Shown: positions 29,214 through 38,134, numbered from the whole stretch's first letter. The stretch: DNA of 49,842 nt, filler included, from Fervidicoccaceae archaeon (GCA_038734945.1; 5 parts of 5 records of this genome joined end to end with filler, not necessarily neighbours in it), one strand, 5' to 3'. The notes: generated from the letters alone by a model not told the origin. Numbers and translations are program-made.

Positions 29214-29350
29214 CTGACCTCCTCCCCGACCTAAAGTGCGAGGGTTCTGGGAAGGTTTAGGGCTACATTCCCAGCTCTCGCTGGGTTCAGCCCTGCGCCT
29301 GGTCTCAAGCGCATTACCCCTACCCCATATAGAGCGGAGCTCGGGGCTAT
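29214..29350 (-). ncRNA. TnpB omega-RNA (reRNA) scaffold overlapping the tnpB 3' end; 5' boundary approximate
   Basis: Stems GCGCTTG/CAGGCGC, AGGGCT/AGCCCT enclosing CCCAGC-GAGA-GCTGGG (GNRA loop), and the right-end hairpin ending in TCAG; the position is that established for omega-RNAs. Confidence 0.75.
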
Positions 29351-30541
29351 GGTTTTAGCTTTGAGCAGCATGTTGAATGCTCCTACCAGGTCTGCATTGA
29401 ACACATTGCTGTGTTTGTAGCACTTCAATAATCCTCTGTATATCCTCTTGTGCTCTTGGTTCTTCACTCTGCATAGTGGGCAGGTGGAAGAAGTGTTCTC
29501 TTCATTAACGAGCTCCACCTTTATACCGTACTCTTCTCCTACCTCGATCACTCTTCTCAACAAGTACCCGTATGTCCATGCGTGAACTACTTCGAAGTTG
29601 AGCTTAGAGTTCTTATTACCGTTTTGAGCTATGTATTTTGGATAGCCAACCAATACCCTTAATATGCCTCTCCGGTAGAGCCGCTCCATAGCGTTCCTCA
29701 CAGCCCAGTTAATGTAGTCCTTCACCTGCCTCCTCCACCTCTTGTACATTCTCCTGAGCCTCATGGAGGTCTTCAATCCATACCTGTTCAAGGTGGATTG
29801 ATAATCTGCTAACCTCTTTCTCCAGTAGAAGCTAATGCTCTTCAACGGTCTACCTGAAATAATTAGAGCTGAACCGTCCTCCATATACACAGCCAACAGG
29901 TTATTAATGCCTATGTCTATTCCAGCAACTTTATCTCCCAGAGGCTTTGCTGGAATTTTAACCCATTCATCCTTAACTATCTTCTCAGATACCTCGAATG
30001 CTACATGTATATACCACTTCCTTTCATCACTGTCGTAGCGTACCTCAGCCCTACCCTGCTTACCTCTAATGCTTACTCTACCAGCATACCTTACCTTGAT
30101 ACTACCGATCGCTCCGAGACCCTTGAAAACAATTTGGTCTCCTTTGAACCTGTACTGGTCGTTCCTGAGGACACACCACAGCTCTCTAAAACTGTTCTTC
30201 TTTCTATAGCCTGGAGGATTCACCTTTCTGATGAATTGTGGTAGCTTTCCTTCTCTCTTCGTTTTCAGTGCTGAGAAGAAGCCCCTCCAAGCCTCATCGT
30301 TCTTGTTTAGGATTTGCTGAGCTGTTGCCGAACCTATCAATGCCTTGTACTTCTCGTAGAACTCTCTATATGTAGATCTTAAGTCAACTTTCTTTTCCTC
30401 GAAGAATGCTCTTCTCCTAGTATAGTTGATCTCGTTCCAGAGCCTAGCTGATAGTGAGCAAAGCAATTTGAGCTTGTTCTCTGAATCTCTATCCGGCAGT
30501 AGCCTTAGTGTTACAGTTCTCCTCATCTCTCCTTCTCCCAC
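29231..30541 (-). CDS. tnpB: TnpB RNA-guided endonuclease
   Basis: N-terminal RTVTLRLLP...LWN, RuvC-I GIDIG, VNEENTS followed by the CPLC...CYKH Zn finger, RuvC-III NADLVGAFN. Confidence 0.93.
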   Translation of the reverse strand: MGEGEMRRTVTLRLLPDRDSENKLKLLCSLSARLWNEINYTRRRAFFEEKKVDLRSTYREFYEKYKALIGSATAQQILNKNDEAWRGFFSALKTKREGKLPQFIRKVNPPGYRKKNSFRELWCVLRNDQYRFKGDQIVFKGLGAIGSIKVRYAGRVSIRGKQGRAEVRYDSDERKWYIHVAFEVSEKIVKDEWVKIPAKPLGDKVAGIDIGINNLLAVYMEDGSALIISGRPLKSISFYWRKRLADYQSTLNRYGLKTSMRLRRMYKRWRRQVKDYINWAVRNAMERLYRRGILRVLVGYPKYIAQNGNKNSKLNFEVVHAWTYGYLLRRVIEVGEEYGIKVELVNEENTSSTCPLCRVKNQEHKRIYRGLLKCYKHSNVFNADLVGAFNMLLKAKTIAPSSALYGVGVMRLRPGAGLNPARAGNVALNLPRTLAL

Positions 30542-30951
30542 TGCTCTTCTACGTATTTCCTGATGATGTCAGCTGATATATTACCAACAGTTGCTACGAA
30601 GTAGCTCCTAGACCATAGCTTACCTCTAGTAGCACCAGTCTTCAGCTCCGGGAACCTCTGCAGTATCCTCCTAGCGCTCTTACCCTTGAGGTAGTTCACC
30701 ACATAGGCTGGGGATAGCCGTGGAGGGCATGAGCAGAACACATGAACATGGTCTGGCAGAACCTCGATAGCTATAGGCTCACAGCCAATCTCAACAAATA
30801 TCTGCTTCAGCACTTCTCTAGTGTATTCAGCAACTTCGCCTACGAGAACACCTCTACGGTACTTAGGAATCCACGCGAAGTGATAGCCGCACCAATACAT
30901 AGCATGCCTAGTGCTCTTGAGCTCAAGCCCCGTCTGAGAGTCGCCCTCCAT
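30523..30951 (-). CDS. tnpA: IS200-family Y1 (HUH) transposase
   Basis: YHFAWIPKYRR, HUH motif DHVHV, LKGKS, LWSRSYF, catalytic YVEEQ. Confidence 0.95.
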   Translation of the reverse strand: MEGDSQTGLELKSTRHAMYWCGYHFAWIPKYRRGVLVGEVAEYTREVLKQIFVEIGCEPIAIEVLPDHVHVFCSCPPRLSPAYVVNYLKGKSARRILQRFPELKTGATRGKLWSRSYFVATVGNISADIIRKYVEEQWEKER

Positions 30952-31062
30952 GGCTATCCTTTAGAATACATTAGAGGATACATAGCTTATAAATCTTGCT
31001 GCATCATCCCAGCCCAAAAAGGACGAGGCTTTCAGTTTGGTAAAGCTGAATCCCAATAATTT

Positions 31063-31548
31063 TCACCCACCTTTAACCATTTCCCCTCCAACCCCACCAG
31101 GAAGAACAATCTTCAAGCTGTAAGGAGGAGAAATGGAGGTAGTGTTGAATATCAGCATAATAATTGTCTCTCCGCTCTTCCACGATATGTCAGGCTGGAG
31201 TTTTATGTATGTCCAATGTCCAGGAGATGGCGTGGATGAGTAAGTATACAGTATTGGACCAAAACCATAAGTGCCCAGATATATGTCTGTCATGGAAGCA
31301 AAGCCAGGAGATATATCTGCGTTTCCTGTGTTCTTCACGTATACAACAAAGGATTGATTGCTTGAGTTATAGTAAAAATCAATTATTGTAATTGAATTCT
31401 CCATGTTATTGACGTTGGAATATATGATTTGAGAGATGCTGCTGTTTAGAGCAGAGATTTTTGTTAACATGACAAATGCAAATATTGAAGCTATGGTTAT
31501 CGCAGCGATCGTCAGCAGTGCATGTGTTATTGTTGTCGACTCACCCAA
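31063..31548 (-). CDS. arlG: archaellum stator protein ArlG (FlaG)-like
   Basis: MGESTTITHALLTIAAI N-terminal TM, VYVKNTG, W.PGET-like WKSGET; lies in the archaellin cluster. Confidence 0.75.
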   Translation of the reverse strand: MGESTTITHALLTIAAITIASIFAFVMLTKISALNSSISQIIYSNVNNMENSITIIDFYYNSSNQSFVVYVKNTGNADISPGFASMTDIYLGTYGFGPILYTYSSTPSPGHWTYIKLQPDISWKSGETIIMLIFNTTSISPPYSLKIVLPGGVGGEMVKGG

Positions 31549-31559
31549 TCATGGTTCCC

Positions 31560-32132
31560 CTATTGTCCCTTTGTTTCTCTCTTCTTCAGCTTATCCAGAA
31601 CCGATTCGAGGAATTCCTGCTCAAGTTCCCTGTCTGGGAGATCAAGCAATCTAGCTATTATGTATAGAGATATGATCTGCTCCTCAAGGCCTATGCCGCT
31701 CTTGAGGCTCTTATCAATCAATGCGTTGATCTGCTTGATCTGCTCTAGAGCTCTCTCATCGCTCAGTCCGAAGCTCTTCAGGGTTGAGATCTGATCTTCT
31801 ATTATCTCTCCTGATACATGCTCTCTCAGCATGTATAGGGTCTTAAGCGCCCTAACTACTTTTTCAAGATCCTTTTCGCTTTTTTGAGTTTCAATATGTG
31901 GTGCATTAGCAGCCTCGTTTCTTCTCATCAAAATTTCCTTTTGAATAGGTTCCTCACTTTTCTGAGCCGTGCTTTTTTCCTCCTTCACCTCCTTAGGCAA
32001 ACTCTGAGAGGCTTCTTTCCTAATCGATGCAAATGGTCCGGTCAGATCGCTCAGAGCGGTTTTCAGCTCAGCAATTGCATCTTTCAGGGCATCTACTATT
32101 TCTTTCAGCTCCTCCTCCTTCCCTTCGCTCAT
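31560..32132 (-). CDS. archaellum accessory protein: N-terminal coiled coil plus C-terminal ArlD/E-like helical domain
   Basis: Start at ATG 32132 after a GGAGG RBS. The C-terminal ...LKSFGLSDE...LEEQIISLYIIARL resembles the FlaD/E pattern (iGwis...dHi.SL.yI..L). Confidence 0.55.
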   Translation of the reverse strand: MSEGKEEELKEIVDALKDAIAELKTALSDLTGPFASIRKEASQSLPKEVKEEKSTAQKSEEPIQKEILMRRNEAANAPHIETQKSEKDLEKVVRALKTLYMLREHVSGEIIEDQISTLKSFGLSDERALEQIKQINALIDKSLKSGIGLEEQIISLYIIARLLDLPDRELEQEFLESVLDKLKKRETKGQ

Positions 32133-32253
32133 TTTTCTCATCCCTCCAAATCTTCTTAATATGGGATGAACGATTGCCCTACATATAGGGCAATCGCAAG
32201 CCCACTCAACCTTTTTTCTTCGCTCATTCCCCCTCACCGCTCGATCATCCTCT

Positions 32254-32454
32254 TTAGCTCAGAGAGGTCGCCAGTCCGGCTATGAAGACGTGCATTGCTA
32301 TTAGACCAAGAGCAACAGCAACAGCTCCTATTGCGAACTTCTCAAATCCGCACATCTCCAAGGACTTCAGCAGCAATATAATGCTTATCGCAACTGCACA
32401 TAGCGATAATGCTGTCATCACATATGCCCTTTCTATATAGAGCTCGGGGGACAT
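32254..32454 (-). CDS. small two-TM membrane protein
   Basis: 66 aa, hydrophobic, downstream of the archaellin; TTTAAA box upstream. Confidence 0.55.
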   Translation of the reverse strand: MSPELYIERAYVMTALSLCAVAISIILLLKSLEMCGFEKFAIGAVAVALGLIAMHVFIAGLATSLS

Positions 32455-32501
32455 GAGCGAGCGCCTCTTTTTTTAAAAAAAGTTATGTTTTTTATACCAG
32501 T

Positions 32502-33203
32502 TCATCCTAGGCTGACTGCACCTTCTGGCAGATTCGGCGGCATTGTCCTCTCTACTGTTAGAGGGGCTCCCTCCGGGGGCCTTATCTCAATGCTCAGCTT
32601 TCCGTAGGGAGGCAATGAATTGGCTGTCCCCATATTTATCAGCACTATTGCTTTTTCGCTGAATTCAAGCACACTATCATAGTTCACATTCTTGAGAATG
32701 ACGATGTATGCTTCGGGAGAAGATGGCGATGTGCTCCATATGGCATTGGCAATAGAGTTTGTTGACAGATCTGGTAGAGGTGTTGTAGTGAATTGTGTGC
32801 GGTTAGTGGCATAGTATAGATTTCCATCAGTTGAATTGTAGTAGAGTATGCCCTTGTATATATTCTCAAAGGACGTTCCTCCCACTATCACTCCAATGGT
32901 CACTCTGGAAGGTGCTAGATCAACAGCTGAAACTCCGGCAGAGGTCTTTATGGGTACTGATACATCAACAATGTGTGTGCTGTTGCTTATTCCCAGAACT
33001 GAGCCATCAACCTCAAGAGCAGTGCTGGCCTCTCCCAATCCCTTGCCTATTACCTCTTTACTCTTCTGTGTTGTGAAGAGCCCCATATTCAGCGCTACAA
33101 ATGCCAGAGCAGCAGCGACTATCACAAAGGCTATTAGCACTATGGCAGCTTCTATTCCAACGATCCCTCTCTTCTTCTTTTCCTTCACTTTCTTGTTTTC
33201 CAT
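32502..33203 (-). CDS. arlB: archaellin
   Basis: Class III signal peptide KKKRG|IVGIEAAIVLIAFVIVAAALAFV, NMG...QK, C-terminal EIRPPEGAPLTVERTMP; GGTGA RBS. Confidence 0.95.
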   Translation of the reverse strand: MENKKVKEKKKRGIVGIEAAIVLIAFVIVAAALAFVALNMGLFTTQKSKEVIGKGLGEASTALEVDGSVLGISNSTHIVDVSVPIKTSAGVSAVDLAPSRVTIGVIVGGTSFENIYKGILYYNSTDGNLYYATNRTQFTTTPLPDLSTNSIANAIWSTSPSSPEAYIVILKNVNYDSVLEFSEKAIVLINMGTANSLPPYGKLSIEIRPPEGAPLTVERTMPPNLPEGAVSLG

Positions 33204-33262
33204 TTTCTCACCCGTTTTACGGGTATCGAGAAAGCTCTCGAGCTCGAAAGAGTTAAGGGTAA

Positions 33263-33323
33263 GTTAAAACGGCTACCGACAGAGAGCTTTATCGTCCTGC
33301 TGATCGTCGCCAGGTGGTCGCCA
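33263..33323 (-). promoter_or_regulatory. candidate arlB promoter with upstream repeated boxes
   Basis: TTTTAAC box at 33263-33269; GTCGCCA at 33306 and 33317 (11-bp period); ATCGTC at 33291 and 33303. Confidence 0.35.
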
Positions 33324-33404
33324 AATTAGGAGGAGTATAAACGAATAGATTTCCTAGAAAGTTATCGGTGGGGGAAAACGGGAAGCTCCGAGTTCCTCAG
33401 AGTT

Positions 33405-33740
33405 TTGGTCGATGGAGTCATTGTTAAAGCTGTATATCTTATCAGGCTGGAAGAGGGAATTGTGGCATCCTGGCCGCCCGAGGAGGACGGGGAAATTGAG
33501 AGCATTGTCGATCTCACTTCTGTCCCTCAGAGAGAGGGGCTCTATTTTGTCATTGGGGGAGATCAGCTTCAGAGAAAGTACTTCGGCATTGTAATCAAGG
33601 ACAGCATATTGCTTTTCAAGGTTGGAGAGGAAATGCAAGCAGAAAAGATAGCTGAAAAGCTGAGCCATGTGTACTTGCTTATAAGAGGTAGAAGGAGATC
33701 AGGGAGAAAGGAGAGAGACGGTGAACTCTACAAAAGATAG
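33405..33740 (+). CDS. small protein, possible roadblock/profilin-like fold
   Basis: VKAVYLIRLEEGIVASWP beta-hairpin pattern, followed by helix, three strands and helix. Confidence 0.5.
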   Translation: MVDGVIVKAVYLIRLEEGIVASWPPEEDGEIESIVDLTSVPQREGLYFVIGGDQLQRKYFGIVIKDSILLFKVGEEMQAEKIAEKLSHVYLLIRGRRRSGRKERDGELYKR

Positions 33741-34544
33741 CGTCAAAAGTATGAAAAAGGCATCAAAAAGAGAGCCAACCAGAGCTGTGAAGCTTGTGAG
33801 GAGTATTTTGATTAAAAATAATGGAATTAAGAGAACTTCTCTGACTCTCCTGAATCTCCACATGCGCATCCTCAGCTTCAACCTGGTTCTGGCTATAAAG
33901 TCACTTTTGAACTGCATATATTGCATGCTCTTATAGTAGATGGCCCATCCTTCTTTCTCCAGCTTATAGAAAGTTTTCCTTGTTGATGGTATCACTATTC
34001 TTCTGAAAATTCTTATTGGAGGACGGGAATAAGCGTCAAGATATGATTTTGCTCTTTCCGGACTAAGCCCTACTAGAGATGAGAGCTTGCTGAGATCCAT
34101 TTTGCCCTCCGAGGAGTTTGCCAAGTAAACGATTGCATTGTAGATGTGATATAGCCCAGTTATTTTCTTCAGAATAACGATTCTGTCTCTATTAGAGAGG
34201 ACCTCCTCTTTGCTCGAGCTATCCTGGGGTGTTTCCTTTAGACCAAGAGCATCTTTAAGCATCTGTGAGTACTTTTCTCCTGTTTCTGTTAGCACATAGA
34301 TCGGTTCCCCATTTCTCTCTCCTTCCTTTCTAATTATTCCCTTCAACTGCATTTTCCTAAGAGCATCAAGAATAGCCTTCCTCCTTTCATCCATTAACTC
34401 AACTAGATTTGATGGAGTTAGCTCTCTGTTTCCGAGAAGAAAGGCGAGCATTATTTCTATTTGGAGGGTTGATTTGGAAAAGTCAATTGTTTCATCCAGC
34501 TCCTTGAGAACAGTTAGCTTCCTGTTGAGCATCTCGATTTTCAA
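33699..34544 (-). CDS. membrane-bound winged-helix transcription regulator, ArnR-like
   Basis: N-terminal wHTH (RKAILDALRKMQLKGII...YVLTETG), a second wHTH-like region, C-terminal TM helices; next to arlB as for Sulfolobales ArnR. Confidence 0.7.
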   Translation of the reverse strand: MKIEMLNRKLTVLKELDETIDFSKSTLQIEIMLAFLLGNRELTPSNLVELMDERRKAILDALRKMQLKGIIRKEGERNGEPIYVLTETGEKYSQMLKDALGLKETPQDSSSKEEVLSNRDRIVILKKITGLYHIYNAIVYLANSSEGKMDLSKLSSLVGLSPERAKSYLDAYSRPPIRIFRRIVIPSTRKTFYKLEKEGWAIYYKSMQYMQFKSDFIARTRLKLRMRMWRFRRVREVLLIPLFLIKILLTSFTALVGSLFDAFFILLTLSFVEFTVSLLSP

Positions 34545-34934
34545 GGGTATACCTCTTATGAAAATGTTTTTCAGGTACGAAACAAATATTAAAAAGACTT
34601 GATAGATAAATGTATTTTAATGTCATATTATTCTATTAATATATGCACGATATTACTGATCGGGCTTTAATTTGCCGACTTCTCTCAAGAAAATAATATT
34701 TTTAAATATATCAAAATTAAATTATTTTTATAACAGTTTTTCGAAAAGTTCTTTCATAATATCCTTTACCATTTTGAAAGCCTGATGGGTTCCAATTAAA
34801 GATGATTAATATTTTATTACCGCACTTACAGAAAAATGTATTGAGCAGTGGAGAATATTTAAAGGAAAGCACTGAATGAATTCTTTATTAACGTTAAATC
34901 CTCAAAAAAATTGAACTCGCGAGGTTGCTGATAA

Positions 34935-35708
34935 ATGTCGGCAATAATGCAGAGCAAGAAGCAAATTCTGATAAGCCAGCTCTCTATTCTATTATTCGCT
35001 GTGGTAGCAGGCTTCCTGGGAAGAACTGGAACGCTTTATTGGATTTTCATATTTCTCTATTTCATCGTCTATATGTACTTAATGAGCAAGTTTGGACAGC
35101 CAAAGTATCCCAGCTCGGCTAAGGCAGCAGAGCTGGAGAAGGGGAAGACTCTATATGAAGAAACAAAGGCTTTTGAGTATGTGAGCAGTGATAAGCAATA
35201 CGCATTGGAAATGCAGGAGCAAATGAAGGCAATGAATGTGAGCATGATGCTCTCCTTCGTGGTGCTCATCTATTTCTTCATAGCATTTGCTCCAGTGACT
35301 TCATATATTGCTCCGCATTTCTCGGATGAGAGAATTGGGATGACAGTTGCTTATCTTACCCTATTCGAAGGGAGCTTTGCCATAAGCACTGCTGGACAAA
35401 TCTATACCTCAAGAAAGATGAAGAAGCAGAACAAGAAGATGGTGATGATAAATGTTCCCAGAAGCTTCATTGTCACAACCAAGGGTGTTATCTTAAAGGG
35501 ATTGACCAGTAGTTCTGGACTCAAGTTTCCCCTAAGTGGTTTCAAAATAGAGCTGAATGAGGATAGGAAGTTCGTTGAGCTCACAAATGAAACGGAAAAG
35601 GGTATATATAAAGTTAGATTCTATACAAAAAGCCCAAAAAAACTGTATGACATAATTATGAGAAGAAATGAGAAGATTGGCGAAGAGGAAAAAGAGGATG
35701 ATGAATAA
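34935..35708 (+). CDS. conserved crenarchaeal membrane protein (DUF2208-like)
   Basis: Two pairs of TM helices plus a soluble C-terminal domain ending RKFVEL...RFYT. Confidence 0.65.
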   Translation: MSAIMQSKKQILISQLSILLFAVVAGFLGRTGTLYWIFIFLYFIVYMYLMSKFGQPKYPSSAKAAELEKGKTLYEETKAFEYVSSDKQYALEMQEQMKAMNVSMMLSFVVLIYFFIAFAPVTSYIAPHFSDERIGMTVAYLTLFEGSFAISTAGQIYTSRKMKKQNKKMVMINVPRSFIVTTKGVILKGLTSSSGLKFPLSGFKIELNEDRKFVELTNETEKGIYKVRFYTKSPKKLYDIIMRRNEKIGEEEKEDDE

Positions 35709-35767
35709 TAATTTCCGAGCTCTTGCGATGAGGTTACCTGTCTCAGCTGAGCAGACTCTTCATAGCT

Positions 35768-37156
35768 CTAAGCTCGGCTTCCATAGGCTCCCTTCAATTT
35801 TTCCATGAAAAGGGCAGTATATAGGGCAATTTTTGGGATGGTATCTGCTGTTATGTACTCATTTGGAGCATGAGCTCTGGCACCGCTTCCTGGAGCGGTA
35901 TCAATCATTGCAGTTTTCAAGACACGGGTAAACAGATATGATGGTGCTGATCCAGGCAAGATTGGAATGACATATGAATTGTAGCCCAGATCTCTGTACG
36001 TATCCCTCGCTATTTCAACAGCAGGAGCTCTGGGATCTGTTTTTCCCCATGTATATGAATTGAGCACTGTATATTCAACAAAATCTCTTAAACCCAGGCG
36101 CTTTAGCATTTCCTCGAAGCCCCTAACTACATCCTCTGGCTCAATTCCTGGGACTATCCTGAAGTCAATTTTCATTGAAGCCTCTGAGGGAATTATAGTC
36201 TTTGTACCTCTTCCCGTATATCCTGAAATAATTCCATCTACGTTGACTGTTGGTTTGAAGTGAGTTGCTATGTACCAGTCATCGCCAGAAATTCTGGGCT
36301 TGTAAATTCCATAGCTACTCTGTACCTCCTCCATTGGAGATGCTTCCTTTATATCCTGCAAGTAATTCAGATCTTCCTCTGTAGGACCGATAGCTTTTTC
36401 CTCGAGCCACGGGATCCTCGGACCTTCCAGAGGATCAATCATGTGAGATATTATCTTTGAAAGTATTACTACTGGGTTGTAGAATCCTCTACTATAGCTA
36501 CTGTGAACATCATACTTAGAGGTCCTCGCTCTCACTTCAATATAGACTAGTCCCCTGTTGCCTAAAATGATCCACGGCTTTCCTGGAACTGATTCTGATG
36601 GGAAAGCGAAGTAAGTTACCTTTGCTCCTTCCAGCTCCGACTTCTTGTCTTCAACGAATTTTGGCATGGATCTGCTGCCAAGCTCCTCCTCTCCCTCGAG
36701 GACTACATATGTGGTTAGGGGCAGATTACCTTTCAAATTCAAGAGAGCTTCTAAGCCAAGTAGGGAGCCCATAAGAGCCCCCTTTGAGTTATAGCTCCCC
36801 CTTGCAATTATTTTGCCATCAACTATTTTCGCTTCAAAGGGGGGTACCTCCCAGAGCTCTATTGGATCCGGCGGCTGCACATCATACATGTTATAGACTA
36901 TTGCTTTCTCGTCAGTTTCCCCTTTTATCTTTGCGAAAACTATTGGATGACCTCCGTAGGAAAGGAGAGATGCCTCTCCTCCAATCCTATCTCTAATCCA
37001 TTCTCTTAGATAATCCGCAGTTTCAGCAATTCCCTCGCCCGTGGCCGAAATGCTGGGCATTCTAATTAGATTCCTGCCTTCCTCTATCATGTATTCCCAT
37101 CTTTCTTTAACATGTGACCGAAGACGTTCAAGAAAGTCCTTTTTTGATGAATCCAA
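35768..37156 (-). CDS. M20/M25/M40 family metallopeptidase
   Basis: YNMYDVQP, ARGSYNSKG, EGEEELGS, DVHS, AHAPNE. Confidence 0.92.
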   Translation of the reverse strand: MDSSKKDFLERLRSHVKERWEYMIEEGRNLIRMPSISATGEGIAETADYLREWIRDRIGGEASLLSYGGHPIVFAKIKGETDEKAIVYNMYDVQPPDPIELWEVPPFEAKIVDGKIIARGSYNSKGALMGSLLGLEALLNLKGNLPLTTYVVLEGEEELGSRSMPKFVEDKKSELEGAKVTYFAFPSESVPGKPWIILGNRGLVYIEVRARTSKYDVHSSYSRGFYNPVVILSKIISHMIDPLEGPRIPWLEEKAIGPTEEDLNYLQDIKEASPMEEVQSSYGIYKPRISGDDWYIATHFKPTVNVDGIISGYTGRGTKTIIPSEASMKIDFRIVPGIEPEDVVRGFEEMLKRLGLRDFVEYTVLNSYTWGKTDPRAPAVEIARDTYRDLGYNSYVIPILPGSAPSYLFTRVLKTAMIDTAPGSGARAHAPNEYITADTIPKIALYTALFMEKLKGAYGSRA

Positions 37157-37200
37157 ATTTTCCCACCTTCAAAAAGTTCTAAACTTATTTGAAAAAAAGA

Positions 37201-37995
37201 TTATTTCTTTTTCCTTAGAAGGAATGCAGCTGCTACGGCTACAGCAGCTACAACCGCAATGACAGCAGCTAATGCCAGACCTCCTATTCCACCAGCTGTT
37301 GTAGCAGGAGAGGTTGTTGTGTTCTGTGGCGTTGTTGTAACTGTAGTTGTAGTTGTGGTAGCTGTGGGAGACGGGGTGGTGGTTGCGGTTGTCTGTGTTG
37401 TCGTCTGGAGGGGCAAGTAATATGTATTTATTATTGGATCGTAGACAAGCCACTTGCCAAGAGGGAGGTCTGTTCCAGCAAAGTTCTTGTCTATCACGTT
37501 AATCCATACGAACTTGTACAGGGGGATCTCCACGATATTCCTGTTCACATAGAGCTCTACCTGCTGCATGTCATAGATCTGTTTCTGGGGATCGCTCTGA
37601 TGCAGCCAATCATCGAGATATGCATCCACCTCAGTGCTGTTTAGATAGAATGGGTTGCTGAATGCCCCCTTTCCTATATATTTGCTGTGGAAGAGCTGAT
37701 AGGCCCATATGGGAGAGATCCAATAGCCGATTAGAGCCAGCTGATATTTATAGGTGCTCTGCAGCTGGAGGAATGTTGGTAGATCGACTATCTTGATGTT
37801 GAGGTTTATTCCTACATCAGCTAGTTGTTCCTTCAGAACCTGAGCTATCGTTTGAGTTTCAGGGAGGTTTCTTGTTAGCAGCTCGATTGTGAATCTCGTT
37901 CCATTGCTGGAGACTGGATATCCTGCCTCATCGAGGAGCTTGCTGGCGAGAGTTAAGTTCCTCTCGTAGTGTATCAGCCCGCTTGGAGGTGGGAC
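37201..37995 (-). CDS. ABC transporter peptide-binding protein (family 5), C-terminal part with Thr-rich linker and TM anchor
   Basis: Frame open to the contig end: NLTLASKLLDEAGY, LKEQLADVGI, EIPLY; T-rich stalk, hydrophobic tail, RKKK. Confidence 0.88.
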   Translation of the reverse strand, partial: VPPPSGLIHYERNLTLASKLLDEAGYPVSSNGTRFTIELLTRNLPETQTIAQVLKEQLADVGINLNIKIVDLPTFLQLQSTYKYQLALIGYWISPIWAYQLFHSKYIGKGAFSNPFYLNSTEVDAYLDDWLHQSDPQKQIYDMQQVELYVNRNIVEIPLYKFVWINVIDKNFAGTDLPLGKWLVYDPIINTYYLPLQTTTQTTATTTPSPTATTTTTTVTTTPQNTTTSPATTAGGIGGLALAAVIAVVAAVAVAAAFLLRKKK

Positions 37996-37996
37996 G

Positions 37997-38096
37997 NNNN
38001 NNNNNNNNNNNNNNNNNNNNNNNNNNNNNNNNNNNNNNNNTTAATTAATTAANNNNNNNNNNNNNNNNNNNNNNNNNNNNNNNNNNNNNNNNNNNN
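37997..38096. other. artificial contig spacer
   Basis: N-run, TTAATTAATTAA, N-run. Confidence 0.98.
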
Positions 38097-38134
38097 ATCG
38101 CAATTTCTTAGAAGTTCATTAACTGTCATAAGTC

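Larger units (their letters stand above)
29214..31039 (-). mobile_element. complete IS200/IS605-family insertion sequence (tnpA + tnpB), 1826 bp
   Basis: On the minus strand the left end reads TTAC|CAAACTG-AAAG-hairpin(CCTCGTCCTTTTTGGGCTGGG) and the right end reads GAAC-hairpin(CCTCGCACTTTAGGTCGGGG)-AGGAGG-TCAG|. The guide/cleavage pairs AAAG/TTAC and GAAC/TCAG follow the IS608 rule. Confidence 0.9.

Noticed and set aside
30742..31059. 105-aa plus-strand ORF
   Set aside because: Antisense to tnpA and the IS left end
32133..32237. Extended N-terminus with CDCPIC in the 225-aa track ORF
   Set aside because: The RBS position favours the start at 32132; the Cys motif is probably untranslated in this frame
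34560..34900. AT-rich intergenic region as a possible replication origin
   Set aside because: No ORB-like repeats or adjacent cdc6/orc1 seen; consistent with divergent promoters
37300..37410. GTT/GTA-rich repeat-like tract
   Set aside because: Ordinary Thr-rich linker of an archaeal substrate-binding protein
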